From positions 1,088,001 through 1,152,000 of the forward strand of contig OY759353.1 in the NCBI GenBank assembly GCA_963662315.1: 64,000 nucleotides of DNA. Reading direction: 5' to 3'. Origin of the DNA: Geopsychrobacteraceae bacterium (GTDB lineage: Bacteria > Desulfobacterota > Desulfuromonadia > Desulfuromonadales > Geopsychrobacteraceae). Of this stretch, positions 1-9,449 are shown piece by piece. A program made the translations under genes and the position numbers. The first letter of the stretch is position 1, and each line of letters starts with the position of its first letter. The notes beneath the pieces are model-generated. The model searched no databases. It was not told where the DNA came from and saw only the letters and a list, made by a program, of their open reading frames with translations.

Positions 1-2
1 GA

Positions 3-854
3 GGCTACCTCCGTAAACGCCATATCATGAGCGATGTTGTCATGAAGGCTTTTACTGAAGTTCTCCTGTCAGTCACTGTCCCGTGCATGGTCATCTATTC
101 GTTCCATGTTGACTATTCAAGAGAAATGCTGAACAACGGCATTCTCATGTTTATATGCGCCCTGATCATCCATATTTTTCTGATTATTCTCTCCAAACTC
201 CTGTATTTCAAATTTGATCCTCTCAAGCGCAACATTTTGCTTTTTTCCACTGTTTTTTCCAACTGTGGATTTATCGGCTTTCCCCTGCTTTACTCTCTTT
301 ACGGCACGGATGGGGTGTTTTATACGTCTATTTTTGTCGCCTGCTATAATCTGTTCGCCTTTTCTTACGGTGTCATGCTGTTTACCGGCAAAACAAGCAT
401 CCTCAAAGCCCTCAAAAACCTGCTGTTCAATCCACCTCTGATCGCTACGGTTATTGGTATTTTCATTTTTATTACCGGCATCAAACTCCCAAAAGCCTCA
501 CTGATTACCCTGCATTCAGTAGGAGACATGACAACTGCTATTTCCATGTTCATTATCGGCGCCATGCTGGCTGAGGTTAAGTTAAAGGAAGCTCTTAAAG
601 GAATTGACGTTTTTTATCTCTGCGTGATGAAGCTGATCGTAGCACCGTTTCTCTGTTATATTCTGCTTGCGCAGTTCATCCCCAATAAGACGGTTCTTAC
701 CATTGCCGTTATCCTGGTCGCCATGCCAACCGGATCTCTGACCGGAGTTTTTGCCGAAAAATATAATGGCAATCGTTCATTGGCATCGCGCTGCACTTTT
801 GTCACAACAGTATTGTCAATGATCACTATTCCGTTAGTTATCTCACTGCTATAA
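3..854 (+). CDS. AEC (auxin efflux carrier) family membrane transporter, 5'-truncated by the window edge
   Basis: Highly hydrophobic protein with FSNCGFIGFP and AMPTG motifs; the frame is open upstream of the ATG at 27 (GYLRKRHIM), so the real start is outside the window. Confidence 0.85.
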   Translation, partial: GYLRKRHIMSDVVMKAFTEVLLSVTVPCMVIYSFHVDYSREMLNNGILMFICALIIHIFLIILSKLLYFKFDPLKRNILLFSTVFSNCGFIGFPLLYSLYGTDGVFYTSIFVACYNLFAFSYGVMLFTGKTSILKALKNLLFNPPLIATVIGIFIFITGIKLPKASLITLHSVGDMTTAISMFIIGAMLAEVKLKEALKGIDVFYLCVMKLIVAPFLCYILLAQFIPNKTVLTIAVILVAMPTGSLTGVFAEKYNGNRSLASRCTFVTTVLSMITIPLVISLL

Positions 855-878
855 ATATGCAAACAGGCAGGTGCCTCC

Positions 879-2864
879 ATGAAGAACGTTAAAAAAATCT
901 TTACCACCTGTACCCGCGACTGTCCTAATACATGTGGTCTGCTGGCAACGGTTGAAAACGGTCGCCTGATCAGCCTGAAAGGGTCTCCGGAACATCCCTT
1001 TACCCAAGGAAAGGCCTGTCACAAAACCAGTCGGTATATTGAGCGTGTTTACAGTAAAGAGCGCATTGTCACACCTCAGATAAAAACAGCAGAAGGTTGG
1101 CATCCAGTTTCCTGGGAACATGCCCTTGACCGTGTTGCTGCTAAACTGAAAGAGGTCTGCAGCACCACCGGTTCAGAAGGAATCTTATATTACCAGGGGT
1201 ATGGCGAGCGTACCGGATTGAAACTGTTGAATAAATATTTTTTCAATCTGCTCGGCGGTGTCACATTCCTACACGGGTCACTCTGTGGCGGCACCGGACA
1301 AGCGGCTCAAAACCTTGATTTTGGTCAGCGTATTTCCCACGACCCCCTTGACCATTATAATTCAAAGGCGATGATTCTATGGGCCCGGAACCCTGCCACG
1401 ACCAATGTCAGCTTATTGCCGATCATCAAGCACATTCGCAACCAAGGCGGACGAGTCATCGTTATTGATCCCTATAAAAACCCCACTGCCAAACTGGCGG
1501 ATTACCATATCGCACCACGGCCAGGCAACGACGTATATCTGGCACTGGCAACCGCCAAAATAATCTTTCACAATCAGTGGGAACATACTCACTTTCTGAC
1601 CAACCACTGCCTGGATGTTGAGATATTTAAAGCATTACTTGATGGTTTCAACCTCGAAGAATTATGTGCCAAAGGAGGTATCTCCATAGAGGAAGCTGAA
1701 CTACTTGCCGACACGCTGAGTAATAAGGGCCCTGTATCCATTCTGTTAGGCTGGGGCTTGCATCGTTATCGGAACGCCCATTTCAGCATTCGTGCCATCG
1801 ATGCCTTGTCTGCTATCAGTGGCAATATCGGCATCCCCGGTGGCGGTGTCAGTCAAGGATTCGAAGAATATGGTCCTTACGATCAACAGTATTGGGGAGA
1901 CCATTTGTCCCCCCAAAGTAGAACCTTGCTGATGCCGGAAATTGGATCAGCCATCACGTCGGCAACCAATCCGGCAATACGCATGGCGGTCATATCTGCG
2001 GCCAACCCGGTCTGCATGGCGCCCGATTCAAAAAGCGTTGCAGCAGCTCTTAACCGCATTGAAATGGTCGTGTACATTGGTCACTTTATGGACGACACGG
2101 CTGATCTTGCCGATGTTTTTCTGCCGACAACAACCTTCCTTGAAGAATCGGACGTTATGGCGAGCTACGGTCATAATTATGTCGGCCCCGTCAATCAGGC
2201 TATCGATCCGATTGGTGAGTGTCGCAGTGACTTCACTATTTTCTCAGACCTGGCCCGGCGCTTTGACTTTGCCGAACAATTCTGCAAGCCAACCGAACTG
2301 TGGTTGGCAGATATTTGTTCTCCGATACTTCAAGCCGGATGCAGTATGGAGCAACTCAGGCAAGCGCCATTCCGCATGCCCGAGCCAATGACTCCTTACA
2401 GTGATTTCCATTTCCCGACAGAAACCGGAAAATTTCAATTTCTTACCCAATTTGCTCCGGAAGAGATGCCTGTACCTGATCCAACATACCCTTACACCTT
2501 GTTAACCGTGGCAGCCCAGGATCATATCTGTTCAGAACGTACCCTGAGTGAGCATCCTGCCCGCGCCAGTCTTTATTTACACCCTGAGGAAATAATGAAA
2601 TCAGGGCTTGAAGCTGAACAAACAGCCATCGCTGAGAGTGCAACAGGACAGATAATTGTTGAGATCAAAGCAGATCACAGCTTAAGGCCTGATTGTGCGG
2701 TTGCCGAACGTGGCGGCTGGCTTAAAGCTGGCCACGGGTTCAACCTACTGACTCAGGCAATGACAAGTACTCTTGGTAATGGTACCCCCTATTACGAAAC
2801 CAAAATAAGAATAAGACCTCTTACTGAAATAGAAGCCGGTTGTATAAACAACCGGCTTCTATAG
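879..2864 (+). CDS. Molybdopterin-dependent oxidoreductase (DMSO reductase superfamily), no Tat signal
   Basis: N-terminal CTRDCPNTC...C 4Fe-4S motif, SWEHALD, VIVIDP, TADLADVFLP and a C-terminal molybdopterin-binding domain. Confidence 0.85.
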   Translation: MKNVKKIFTTCTRDCPNTCGLLATVENGRLISLKGSPEHPFTQGKACHKTSRYIERVYSKERIVTPQIKTAEGWHPVSWEHALDRVAAKLKEVCSTTGSEGILYYQGYGERTGLKLLNKYFFNLLGGVTFLHGSLCGGTGQAAQNLDFGQRISHDPLDHYNSKAMILWARNPATTNVSLLPIIKHIRNQGGRVIVIDPYKNPTAKLADYHIAPRPGNDVYLALATAKIIFHNQWEHTHFLTNHCLDVEIFKALLDGFNLEELCAKGGISIEEAELLADTLSNKGPVSILLGWGLHRYRNAHFSIRAIDALSAISGNIGIPGGGVSQGFEEYGPYDQQYWGDHLSPQSRTLLMPEIGSAITSATNPAIRMAVISAANPVCMAPDSKSVAAALNRIEMVVYIGHFMDDTADLADVFLPTTTFLEESDVMASYGHNYVGPVNQAIDPIGECRSDFTIFSDLARRFDFAEQFCKPTELWLADICSPILQAGCSMEQLRQAPFRMPEPMTPYSDFHFPTETGKFQFLTQFAPEEMPVPDPTYPYTLLTVAAQDHICSERTLSEHPARASLYLHPEEIMKSGLEAEQTAIAESATGQIIVEIKADHSLRPDCAVAERGGWLKAGHGFNLLTQAMTSTLGNGTPYYETKIRIRPLTEIEAGCINNRLL

Positions 2865-2939
2865 GCGTTTTGACCATAATAGGTCAGCGCACTGCCACTC
2901 GGGAACGCCTGAGGCAATGCGTATGTTTTCAGATGAAAC

Positions 2940-4886
2940 CTAAATATCCAGAGCGGCGTGATAACCTTGGTAGATTGCCGTGGTGATATTAGCCGGGCGC
3001 AAGCAATCACCAATATATTTTACTGTCGGGGCGGCATTATTGTACTGCAACGCTTCATCTTTTAAAGCACGCTGTCCAGCCGCACAGATAATGGTTTCGG
3101 CCTCGAAAAGAACATCTTGCCCGTCTCCATTCTGACACCAGACACCAGCATTGTCGATTTTCAGTGCCTTCATCTGCGTATGAATATTGACGCATTGCTC
3201 AAGTTCCGTAAGCAAAATCGGACGATGCCGGATATTGCAGTCCACAGCAAGTTCGGAACGCATTTCAATCAGATCCACCTGTTTTCCGAGATTTGCCAGA
3301 TGCAATGCCAGTTCACAGCCAGATAATCCGCCACCGACGACAACGACTTTATCTTTCACCTGATCCTGTTTGAGGTGGTAGTCATTAACAGTCATAACGT
3401 TCTGACGATTAATTCCAGGGATTGGAGGCAGAAGAGCTTCAGAACCGATGGCAACGATCAGAGTATCGACGTTTTCCTGTTCGACGTACTCAGGAGTCGC
3501 TACAATATTGTGGCGGACCTCAACTCCGGCAGCTTCCGCTTGGCGCCCTAAAGTCACCCCGAGTTCATACATTTCGTGTTTAAAGGGAATAGCGATTTCA
3601 CTTTTCAGGATACCTCCAACCTCATCAGATTTTTCACAGAGAATAGTCTGGTGCCCGCGCTGAGCTGCAGTAATTGCAGCCTTCAGCCCTCCAGGGCCAG
3701 CCCCGACAACCATGACCTTAACCGGTTTGGGACTTGGGTAGATTTCGGTACCGTCAAGTTCACGGCCAATCAGCGGATTAACCGCACAACGCCGGGTGGC
3801 GGTCATCGCTCGTTCGGCCATGCAGGTAAAACAGCGCAGGCATTTAACGATCATATCATCCTGATTGCGCGTTACCTTGTGCGGCAATTCATGGTCTGCC
3901 AGCAGCGCGCGGGCCATTTCAACGACATCCGCCTTACCACTGGCAATAATACTTTCGAGTAATTCCGGATCATTCAGTCCACCGATTGTCGCAACCGGAA
4001 CCTTCACATGAGGCTTGATGGCTGCGGCCAGATGAACGTTACTTCCATGCGGCAGAAACATGGACGGATGGGTTTTGGCAAACCCGGCCTGATAAGTGCC
4101 GGCTGAAACATGCAACAGGTCGATTTTGGTTTCGATAAACTTAGCAATTTCGATACCGTCTTCGATAGTATAGCCCCCGTCAAACAGCTCGGAGCCACTC
4201 ATTCTGAATTCAATAGGAAAGCCCGGACCAACAGCAGCACGCACACTATCAAGAACCTCGCAGACCAAACGTACCCGGTTCTCAATAGGGCCACCATAAT
4301 GATCCGTACGTTTGTTGAAGTAAGGGGACAGGAACTGGTTAAGCAGCCAACCGTGACCACCGTGAACCATGACCATTTCGAACCCTGCACGTTTTACCAG
4401 CGCAGCAGCGTCACCGTAGGCCTTTACTATAGCGTCAATCAAATCTTGGGTCAGAGCTTTAACCGGAATTCCATCAAGGCGCATACCATCACTGGGACCG
4501 TACTGGGACAGGGATTTCTTTTTCCCTTTATCCGTCAGATAAGTCCCCGCGTATTGACCGGAATGAGACAATTCAACACTGGGGATCGCACCATGGCGAC
4601 GGATAGCATCGGCAGTACAGGCAAAACCAGACAGGGAACCGGGAGTGGTAAGATCGATGTGAAAAGCATGGGACCCATCCGTTTCAGGATGAACCATCAG
4701 TTCACTGACAGTGACAGCAGCGGCACCGCCTTTGGCACGCAGTTCATAAAAAGCGGTCGAACCACGTCCAATACAACCATCAGCTGTAATGTCGGTTCCA
4801 CCCATCGGAGCGGAGAACATTCGATTACGAAATGTCACATTGCCAAGGGAAATCGGTTGACATAAATGTGGATACTTGCGTTTCAT
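2940..4886 (-). CDS. NADH:flavin oxidoreductase (Old Yellow Enzyme TIM barrel + 4Fe-4S + FAD/NAD domains; 2,4-dienoyl-CoA reductase-like architecture)
   Basis: RNRMFSAPM, FLSP..NKRTDHYGG, CLRCFTC..C cluster, GAGPGG and GGGLSG dinucleotide motifs; start placed at ATG 4886 after a GGAGG RBS. Confidence 0.9.
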   Translation of the reverse strand: MKRKYPHLCQPISLGNVTFRNRMFSAPMGGTDITADGCIGRGSTAFYELRAKGGAAAVTVSELMVHPETDGSHAFHIDLTTPGSLSGFACTADAIRRHGAIPSVELSHSGQYAGTYLTDKGKKKSLSQYGPSDGMRLDGIPVKALTQDLIDAIVKAYGDAAALVKRAGFEMVMVHGGHGWLLNQFLSPYFNKRTDHYGGPIENRVRLVCEVLDSVRAAVGPGFPIEFRMSGSELFDGGYTIEDGIEIAKFIETKIDLLHVSAGTYQAGFAKTHPSMFLPHGSNVHLAAAIKPHVKVPVATIGGLNDPELLESIIASGKADVVEMARALLADHELPHKVTRNQDDMIVKCLRCFTCMAERAMTATRRCAVNPLIGRELDGTEIYPSPKPVKVMVVGAGPGGLKAAITAAQRGHQTILCEKSDEVGGILKSEIAIPFKHEMYELGVTLGRQAEAAGVEVRHNIVATPEYVEQENVDTLIVAIGSEALLPPIPGINRQNVMTVNDYHLKQDQVKDKVVVVGGGLSGCELALHLANLGKQVDLIEMRSELAVDCNIRHRPILLTELEQCVNIHTQMKALKIDNAGVWCQNGDGQDVLFEAETIICAAGQRALKDEALQYNNAAPTVKYIGDCLRPANITTAIYQGYHAALDI

Positions 4887-5253
4887 TAAGGCCTCCTTAT
4901 CGCATGTGAAATACGCAAATTGACAAGTAGCCTTGAGGATGATCATTACAATAAATAAGTGTTTAATCTAACAGTATTTAAAAGAGAACTCACTCACAAA
5001 AAACTCCTAAACTTATTTTGATTGATTTTAGGACCTGCGACTCCAGCGTAACCATTCCTTGTTAAACCACACATAGATAGTGACATGCGCATTAGCACAC
5101 TTATTCTGCCTGATGATATTTTCTTGTTGCATTTCGCCGTGATTGAGAAGGTATAATACTTGATTATTTTTGCAAAGCACTCTTCAGATCGACCTTGGAA
5201 ATATACATTGGATACAGGTATTGCAAGGAATATCGTCGGGGGACAGAATAACT

Positions 5254-6096
5254 ATGAAAATGCTAAGAATTGAAAATAAAAACCGGAGAAATCCCGGTTC
5301 TGACACAACTCAGCAAAACGTGAGCCAGGGGAGCAAAGGAATTGCTGATACTTTTGAAGACAAAGAAATCAAGCACCTTTTTTTCAACTATCTTACCACG
5401 ATGCTGGTCATTGAGGGTGGTGTCTTCTTCTTCTGTTTCATAAACCATCTGGTGACCCCCAATTCAGAATTCCCCTGGAAACCTTATCTCTTTGCCACGT
5501 TTATTACACCAATAGCCATTACCTTCATCTTCGGCATCATTCTGCTGACCTTCAACCGCTTCTTCTTTAGAGATTCTATTGACAGTGGTTTTGACCCGCG
5601 CGTACTTGGCACCTGGGAAAAAGGGCAAAGGATTTCTTCGTTTCTACAGCTTCTTTACCGCCTTCCCTTCCTGGGCGGCATGTCCTTATTGCTGGCAGCA
5701 TCGATATTGATCTACAAACTTGATGATATCGCCTTTTATGCTTTGCAGATCGGCTCTGGAGTTGCTCGATACCTGTTTTTTACCCTTATCGGCCTGTTGA
5801 TTTTTATCGCAGTCGGTCTGATCAGCTGGATGATCCTGAGTTTCCGTCTACGTCAACAGACCATGAAATCCGACCATCAGTACCGTATGCAACTGATGGA
5901 ACAATTTGGCATGGTGTTACTTGAAGACGGTACAATGATCAACAAAGAAGGAAAAATTCTCAATCAGCCCAAAGAGACAACCATTCTGGGGGCATCTGAA
6001 AGCGCACGGCTACTGACCAGTGACGAAGCAGATATTGAAGTCATAGAAAATATCGACACCGAAGAGCCTAAATCCCTCCCTCACACCGATAATTAA
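5254..6096 (+). CDS. Hypothetical membrane protein (about 4 TM segments, acidic C-terminus)
   Basis: Long ORF with several hydrophobic helices; no recognisable family; start uncertain. Confidence 0.65.
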   Translation: MKMLRIENKNRRNPGSDTTQQNVSQGSKGIADTFEDKEIKHLFFNYLTTMLVIEGGVFFFCFINHLVTPNSEFPWKPYLFATFITPIAITFIFGIILLTFNRFFFRDSIDSGFDPRVLGTWEKGQRISSFLQLLYRLPFLGGMSLLLAASILIYKLDDIAFYALQIGSGVARYLFFTLIGLLIFIAVGLISWMILSFRLRQQTMKSDHQYRMQLMEQFGMVLLEDGTMINKEGKILNQPKETTILGASESARLLTSDEADIEVIENIDTEEPKSLPHTDN

Positions 6097-6113
6097 TTTT
6101 AAATATTTTCATT

Positions 6114-6482
6114 ATGCGTTTTTCCTTACTTAAAGTATTAAGCCGATACTGGTTACCAGTATCGGCTCTGATTTTCATGATAATTGCTATCTTGTCCTTA
6201 TGGCCATTATCAAGTTTACCCAAGGTGCCCGGCACGGACAAAACTCACCATTTTGTGGCCTACACACTGCTGGTCCTTCCAGTCGCCATCAGCCGACCAT
6301 TGCACTGGCGCAAGATACTGATTCTGTTTTTCATCTGCAGCGGAATTATTGAACTACTGCAACCTCTGGTCAACCGCTACTGCGAGTTCTTAGATCTTAT
6401 CGCCAACGGGACCGGTATTTTCTGTGGTGCCGCCCTTTCATGGTTAATCAGACGAATCCGTCAGGAACCAGAACATATTTGA
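6114..6482 (+). CDS. VanZ-like small membrane protein
   Basis: DKTHHFVAY, IELLQPLVNR and DLIANGTG motifs. Confidence 0.8.
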   Translation: MRFSLLKVLSRYWLPVSALIFMIIAILSLWPLSSLPKVPGTDKTHHFVAYTLLVLPVAISRPLHWRKILILFFICSGIIELLQPLVNRYCEFLDLIANGTGIFCGAALSWLIRRIRQEPEHI

Positions 6483-6503
6483 ACAAACTGTTTTTATTTA
6501 CGG

Positions 6504-6977
6504 CTACTTTTTGGACATCGTTATGCACAGGCATTCTGCCTCTGCGTAAACCACCTCACCACAACAAATCCGCCCACGAACCGTCACTTTTCGGCCATCC
6601 ACCGAAACAACCCGGCTCTCAACTGTAATCACCTGTTTCAGAGGGAGCATGTTGCGAAAATTCACATTCAGATTACCAACAACAACCGGGTATCCTTCAG
6701 CCCAGGCCGCCAACCCCAAAACCTCATCCATGACCGCAGCCAAAGAACCGCCATGGCAATGCCCCGGTGGTCCTTCGGTCTCAGGCCCAAACCAGACACG
6801 GGCACGCAGACATCCTTTTTCATTTCTATAATATTTCACCCGGTAACGATTCCCCAATGGCTCACCCGATACGAAACGTAACGAGGTTCCAACCAAAGCC
6901 GGAGCATCAAAGTCAGACCATTGGGGCTCACCACTCAGATCCACTGAATCCATTATTGCTGTCTTAATTCCAACCAT
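6504..6977 (-). CDS. PaaI family (hotdog-fold) thioesterase
   Basis: GPPGHCHGGSLAAVMDE motif. Confidence 0.85.
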   Translation of the reverse strand: MVGIKTAIMDSVDLSGEPQWSDFDAPALVGTSLRFVSGEPLGNRYRVKYYRNEKGCLRARVWFGPETEGPPGHCHGGSLAAVMDEVLGLAAWAEGYPVVVGNLNVNFRNMLPLKQVITVESRVVSVDGRKVTVRGRICCGEVVYAEAECLCITMSKK

Positions 6978-7154
6978 GTCATTTCTCCCCGATGCATAAA
7001 TGCTAAAGTCAATGAATAGAGAAAGATTATCTCGAAGAACAGCGTTTTACAATGGGAAGAATGATATAAATCAACAGTCAAAATGAAAAACCCCACAGGT
7101 CTCAGATGCTGCGGGGTCTATTTAAGTTATTTTTAAAGCTGCATAACTCTGCGG

Positions 7155-8249
7155 CTATAAAGAAGTAACCGCTTCGATACCAAAATCCTGAGATAAATCA
7201 TTAAAGTGTTGAAATAGGACGGGATCAACAGGAATACCAGATAAGCTTCTCTGCTTCTGCACCAGCCATTCACGATCCCCTGGGGCCATGACTCTATGCT
7301 CAGGGGTAGCTTCCTGAGCCCGTAAATCTTTCAGATAGACAGCCATTTGCTCGTGAAATACACCAAGATCAATAAAAGCTTCCGGTTTCAACACCATGAA
7401 AAAATGCCCGAGATGTCGCCGGGTACTCATATCATTACCGTGAAAGGTGAGCAATTGATGACTGAAGGCCATGCCACTGAGCATAGAGCCAAACAGTTCA
7501 CACAACCCGGCTAAAGCCGCCCCCTTATAACCATAAGACAAGCCTCCCAACGGGAGCAGAGCCCTGCTGTCATGAGGATTGGTGGTCATATTTCCAGCAG
7601 CATCGACAGCGACCTCAGGCGGCAAGTCGCGACCGATGGTCTGGTAATGAAGAACCCGGTTAAAAGGAATGGAACTGGTAGCCATGTCCAGCAGATAAGG
7701 CTGCTCGCCCAACACTGGTGCAGCAACGCTGATCGGGTTAGTGCCATGAAAAGGCGTGGTCCCGTCGTGAGCAAGAACCAGCTTATCAGAATTACTGAAA
7801 GCCATAGCAATATAACCAGCCTCTGCCGCAGCCAAAGTATAACTTCCAGCAGCCCCGAAATGGGACGAATTAATGACTGACACAGCGCCGACGCCGGTTC
7901 TATCAGCTAATGTCATCGCTTCGTCAATGGCCCGATAACCGGCATAGTGCCCAAACCCATCATCCGCATCCAGGGTTCCGGTTGCCATCATACGCGGTGT
8001 AAAGGTCATCTTAGGGAAACCATTGATCCGTCCCCCTTTTAGAGCCGCAACATAATGAGGCAATAAGCGCAGACCATGACTGTCAACACCACGTAAGGAG
8101 GCACCGGCAATGGACCTGGCAACGGCATGAGCCGAAGCGTCATCAGCACCAGCACTCAGCAGAACATCGGTCACAAAACGCTGACCATCAGCAAACGATA
8201 TTCGCTCCCAATTAGAGTCATGAAGGGAATTATTGGCGACGAAGACCAT
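7155..8249 (-). CDS. Ldh_2 family oxidoreductase (malate/L-lactate/ureidoglycolate/2,3-diketogulonate reductase family)
   Basis: LRGVDSHG, SSHFGAAG, GTNPI, LDMATS, YKG and PGDRE motifs. Confidence 0.9.
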   Translation of the reverse strand: MVFVANNSLHDSNWERISFADGQRFVTDVLLSAGADDASAHAVARSIAGASLRGVDSHGLRLLPHYVAALKGGRINGFPKMTFTPRMMATGTLDADDGFGHYAGYRAIDEAMTLADRTGVGAVSVINSSHFGAAGSYTLAAAEAGYIAMAFSNSDKLVLAHDGTTPFHGTNPISVAAPVLGEQPYLLDMATSSIPFNRVLHYQTIGRDLPPEVAVDAAGNMTTNPHDSRALLPLGGLSYGYKGAALAGLCELFGSMLSGMAFSHQLLTFHGNDMSTRRHLGHFFMVLKPEAFIDLGVFHEQMAVYLKDLRAQEATPEHRVMAPGDREWLVQKQRSLSGIPVDPVLFQHFNDLSQDFGIEAVTSL

Positions 8250-8346
8250 AAATTATCCTGAGTAGGTTAGAGTAAAACAGAATAGAAACAGTCAGAATAC
8301 GGCGACCTTGCAAACAACCGTATCTTCGGGTATCTGCCATAGCTGG

Positions 8347-8381
8347 AAAACGCCCCCGCACCGGCAGAAAGCACAGGGGCG
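8347..8381 (-). terminator. Terminator-like hairpin between the idnD-like and Ldh_2 genes
   Basis: Minus strand CGCCCCTGTGC...GTGCGGGGGCG followed by TTTT. Confidence 0.45.
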
Positions 8382-8390
8382 AGAAATCAA

Positions 8391-9428
8391 TTAATCAAAA
8401 TCAATCTGAACTTTTACAGATTTAGACCGATCAGTCGCAGAGTTAATGGCGTCCAGAATAGCTGTCATAGGGAAAACATCAGTAATGATCGGCTTAACAT
8501 CAATCTGCTTACTGCTGATTAACTCAACAGCTTCGGCATATTCCGGGTGAAATCTTTGACTACCAACCCAGTTAACTTCCTTCCCAACCAACATATTCAT
8601 AGGGAAAGTCATATTACCGGTAACTCCAACCTGAACAATCGTACCTTGAGGGCGAATCGCGTGAAAAACATTTTCAATTGCTGGTTGCGCTGCAGAGCAT
8701 TCGAAAATGATATCAAAATAACCCTTATTGGCTCGGTATCCAGCCAAATCCTCAGCAGCAACAGACAGGTTGATCACTTTATCTGCACCAATTTCTTTAG
8801 CAACAGAGAGGGTCTTTTCAAACAAATCGACAACAACTATTTCAGCGGCACCGTAATACTTGGCAGCAGCAACACACAGTGCTCCAATAGGACCAGCTCC
8901 ACTCACAAGCACTTTCTTCCCTTTAAGCGCAACGCGTTTTGCGGCATGAAGGCACACCGCGAGGGGCTCGGCACAGGCAAGCTCACCAATCGTAGTATCA
9001 TCACTGCCCTTGATGCACTGTTCAGCATCGATGGTCAAATATTCACGGAACCCGCCCTGTTCATGGGGTAAACGCATGGCCGAACCGATAAAACGCATTT
9101 CAAGGCAATGCTGGAACAACCCGTCGTGGCAAAAACTGCATTGTCCACACGGTTGACTAGGGTTAACACCAACCTTGTCTCCAACCTTGACGTTTTTGAC
9201 ACCATCGCCAACAGCTGCAATAGTCCCGGCAAATTCATGCCCCATAATAATTGGTTCGATAACCCGGACAGTACCAAAGCCACCGTGCAGATAATAGTGG
9301 AGATCCGATCCACAGATACCACCACGCCCGACTTTGACCAAAGCCTCGCCCGGACCGGGCTGACGTACAACATCTGTTTCAATTTTCAGGTTCTCCTGCC
9401 CATATAAACGACAAACTTTCGTTTCCAT
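8391..9428 (-). CDS. idnD: Zn-dependent sugar-acid 5-dehydrogenase (L-idonate 5-dehydrogenase-like)
   Basis: GICGSDLHYY, GHE, CGQCSFC...C, MRFIGSAMRLPH and GSQRF motifs typical of the IdnD subfamily of MDR dehydrogenases. Confidence 0.8.
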   Translation of the reverse strand: METKVCRLYGQENLKIETDVVRQPGPGEALVKVGRGGICGSDLHYYLHGGFGTVRVIEPIIMGHEFAGTIAAVGDGVKNVKVGDKVGVNPSQPCGQCSFCHDGLFQHCLEMRFIGSAMRLPHEQGGFREYLTIDAEQCIKGSDDTTIGELACAEPLAVCLHAAKRVALKGKKVLVSGAGPIGALCVAAAKYYGAAEIVVVDLFEKTLSVAKEIGADKVINLSVAAEDLAGYRANKGYFDIIFECSAAQPAIENVFHAIRPQGTIVQVGVTGNMTFPMNMLVGKEVNWVGSQRFHPEYAEAVELISSKQIDVKPIITDVFPMTAILDAINSATDRSKSVKVQIDFD

Positions 9429-9449
9429 AATAACGACTCCTTAAAGACC

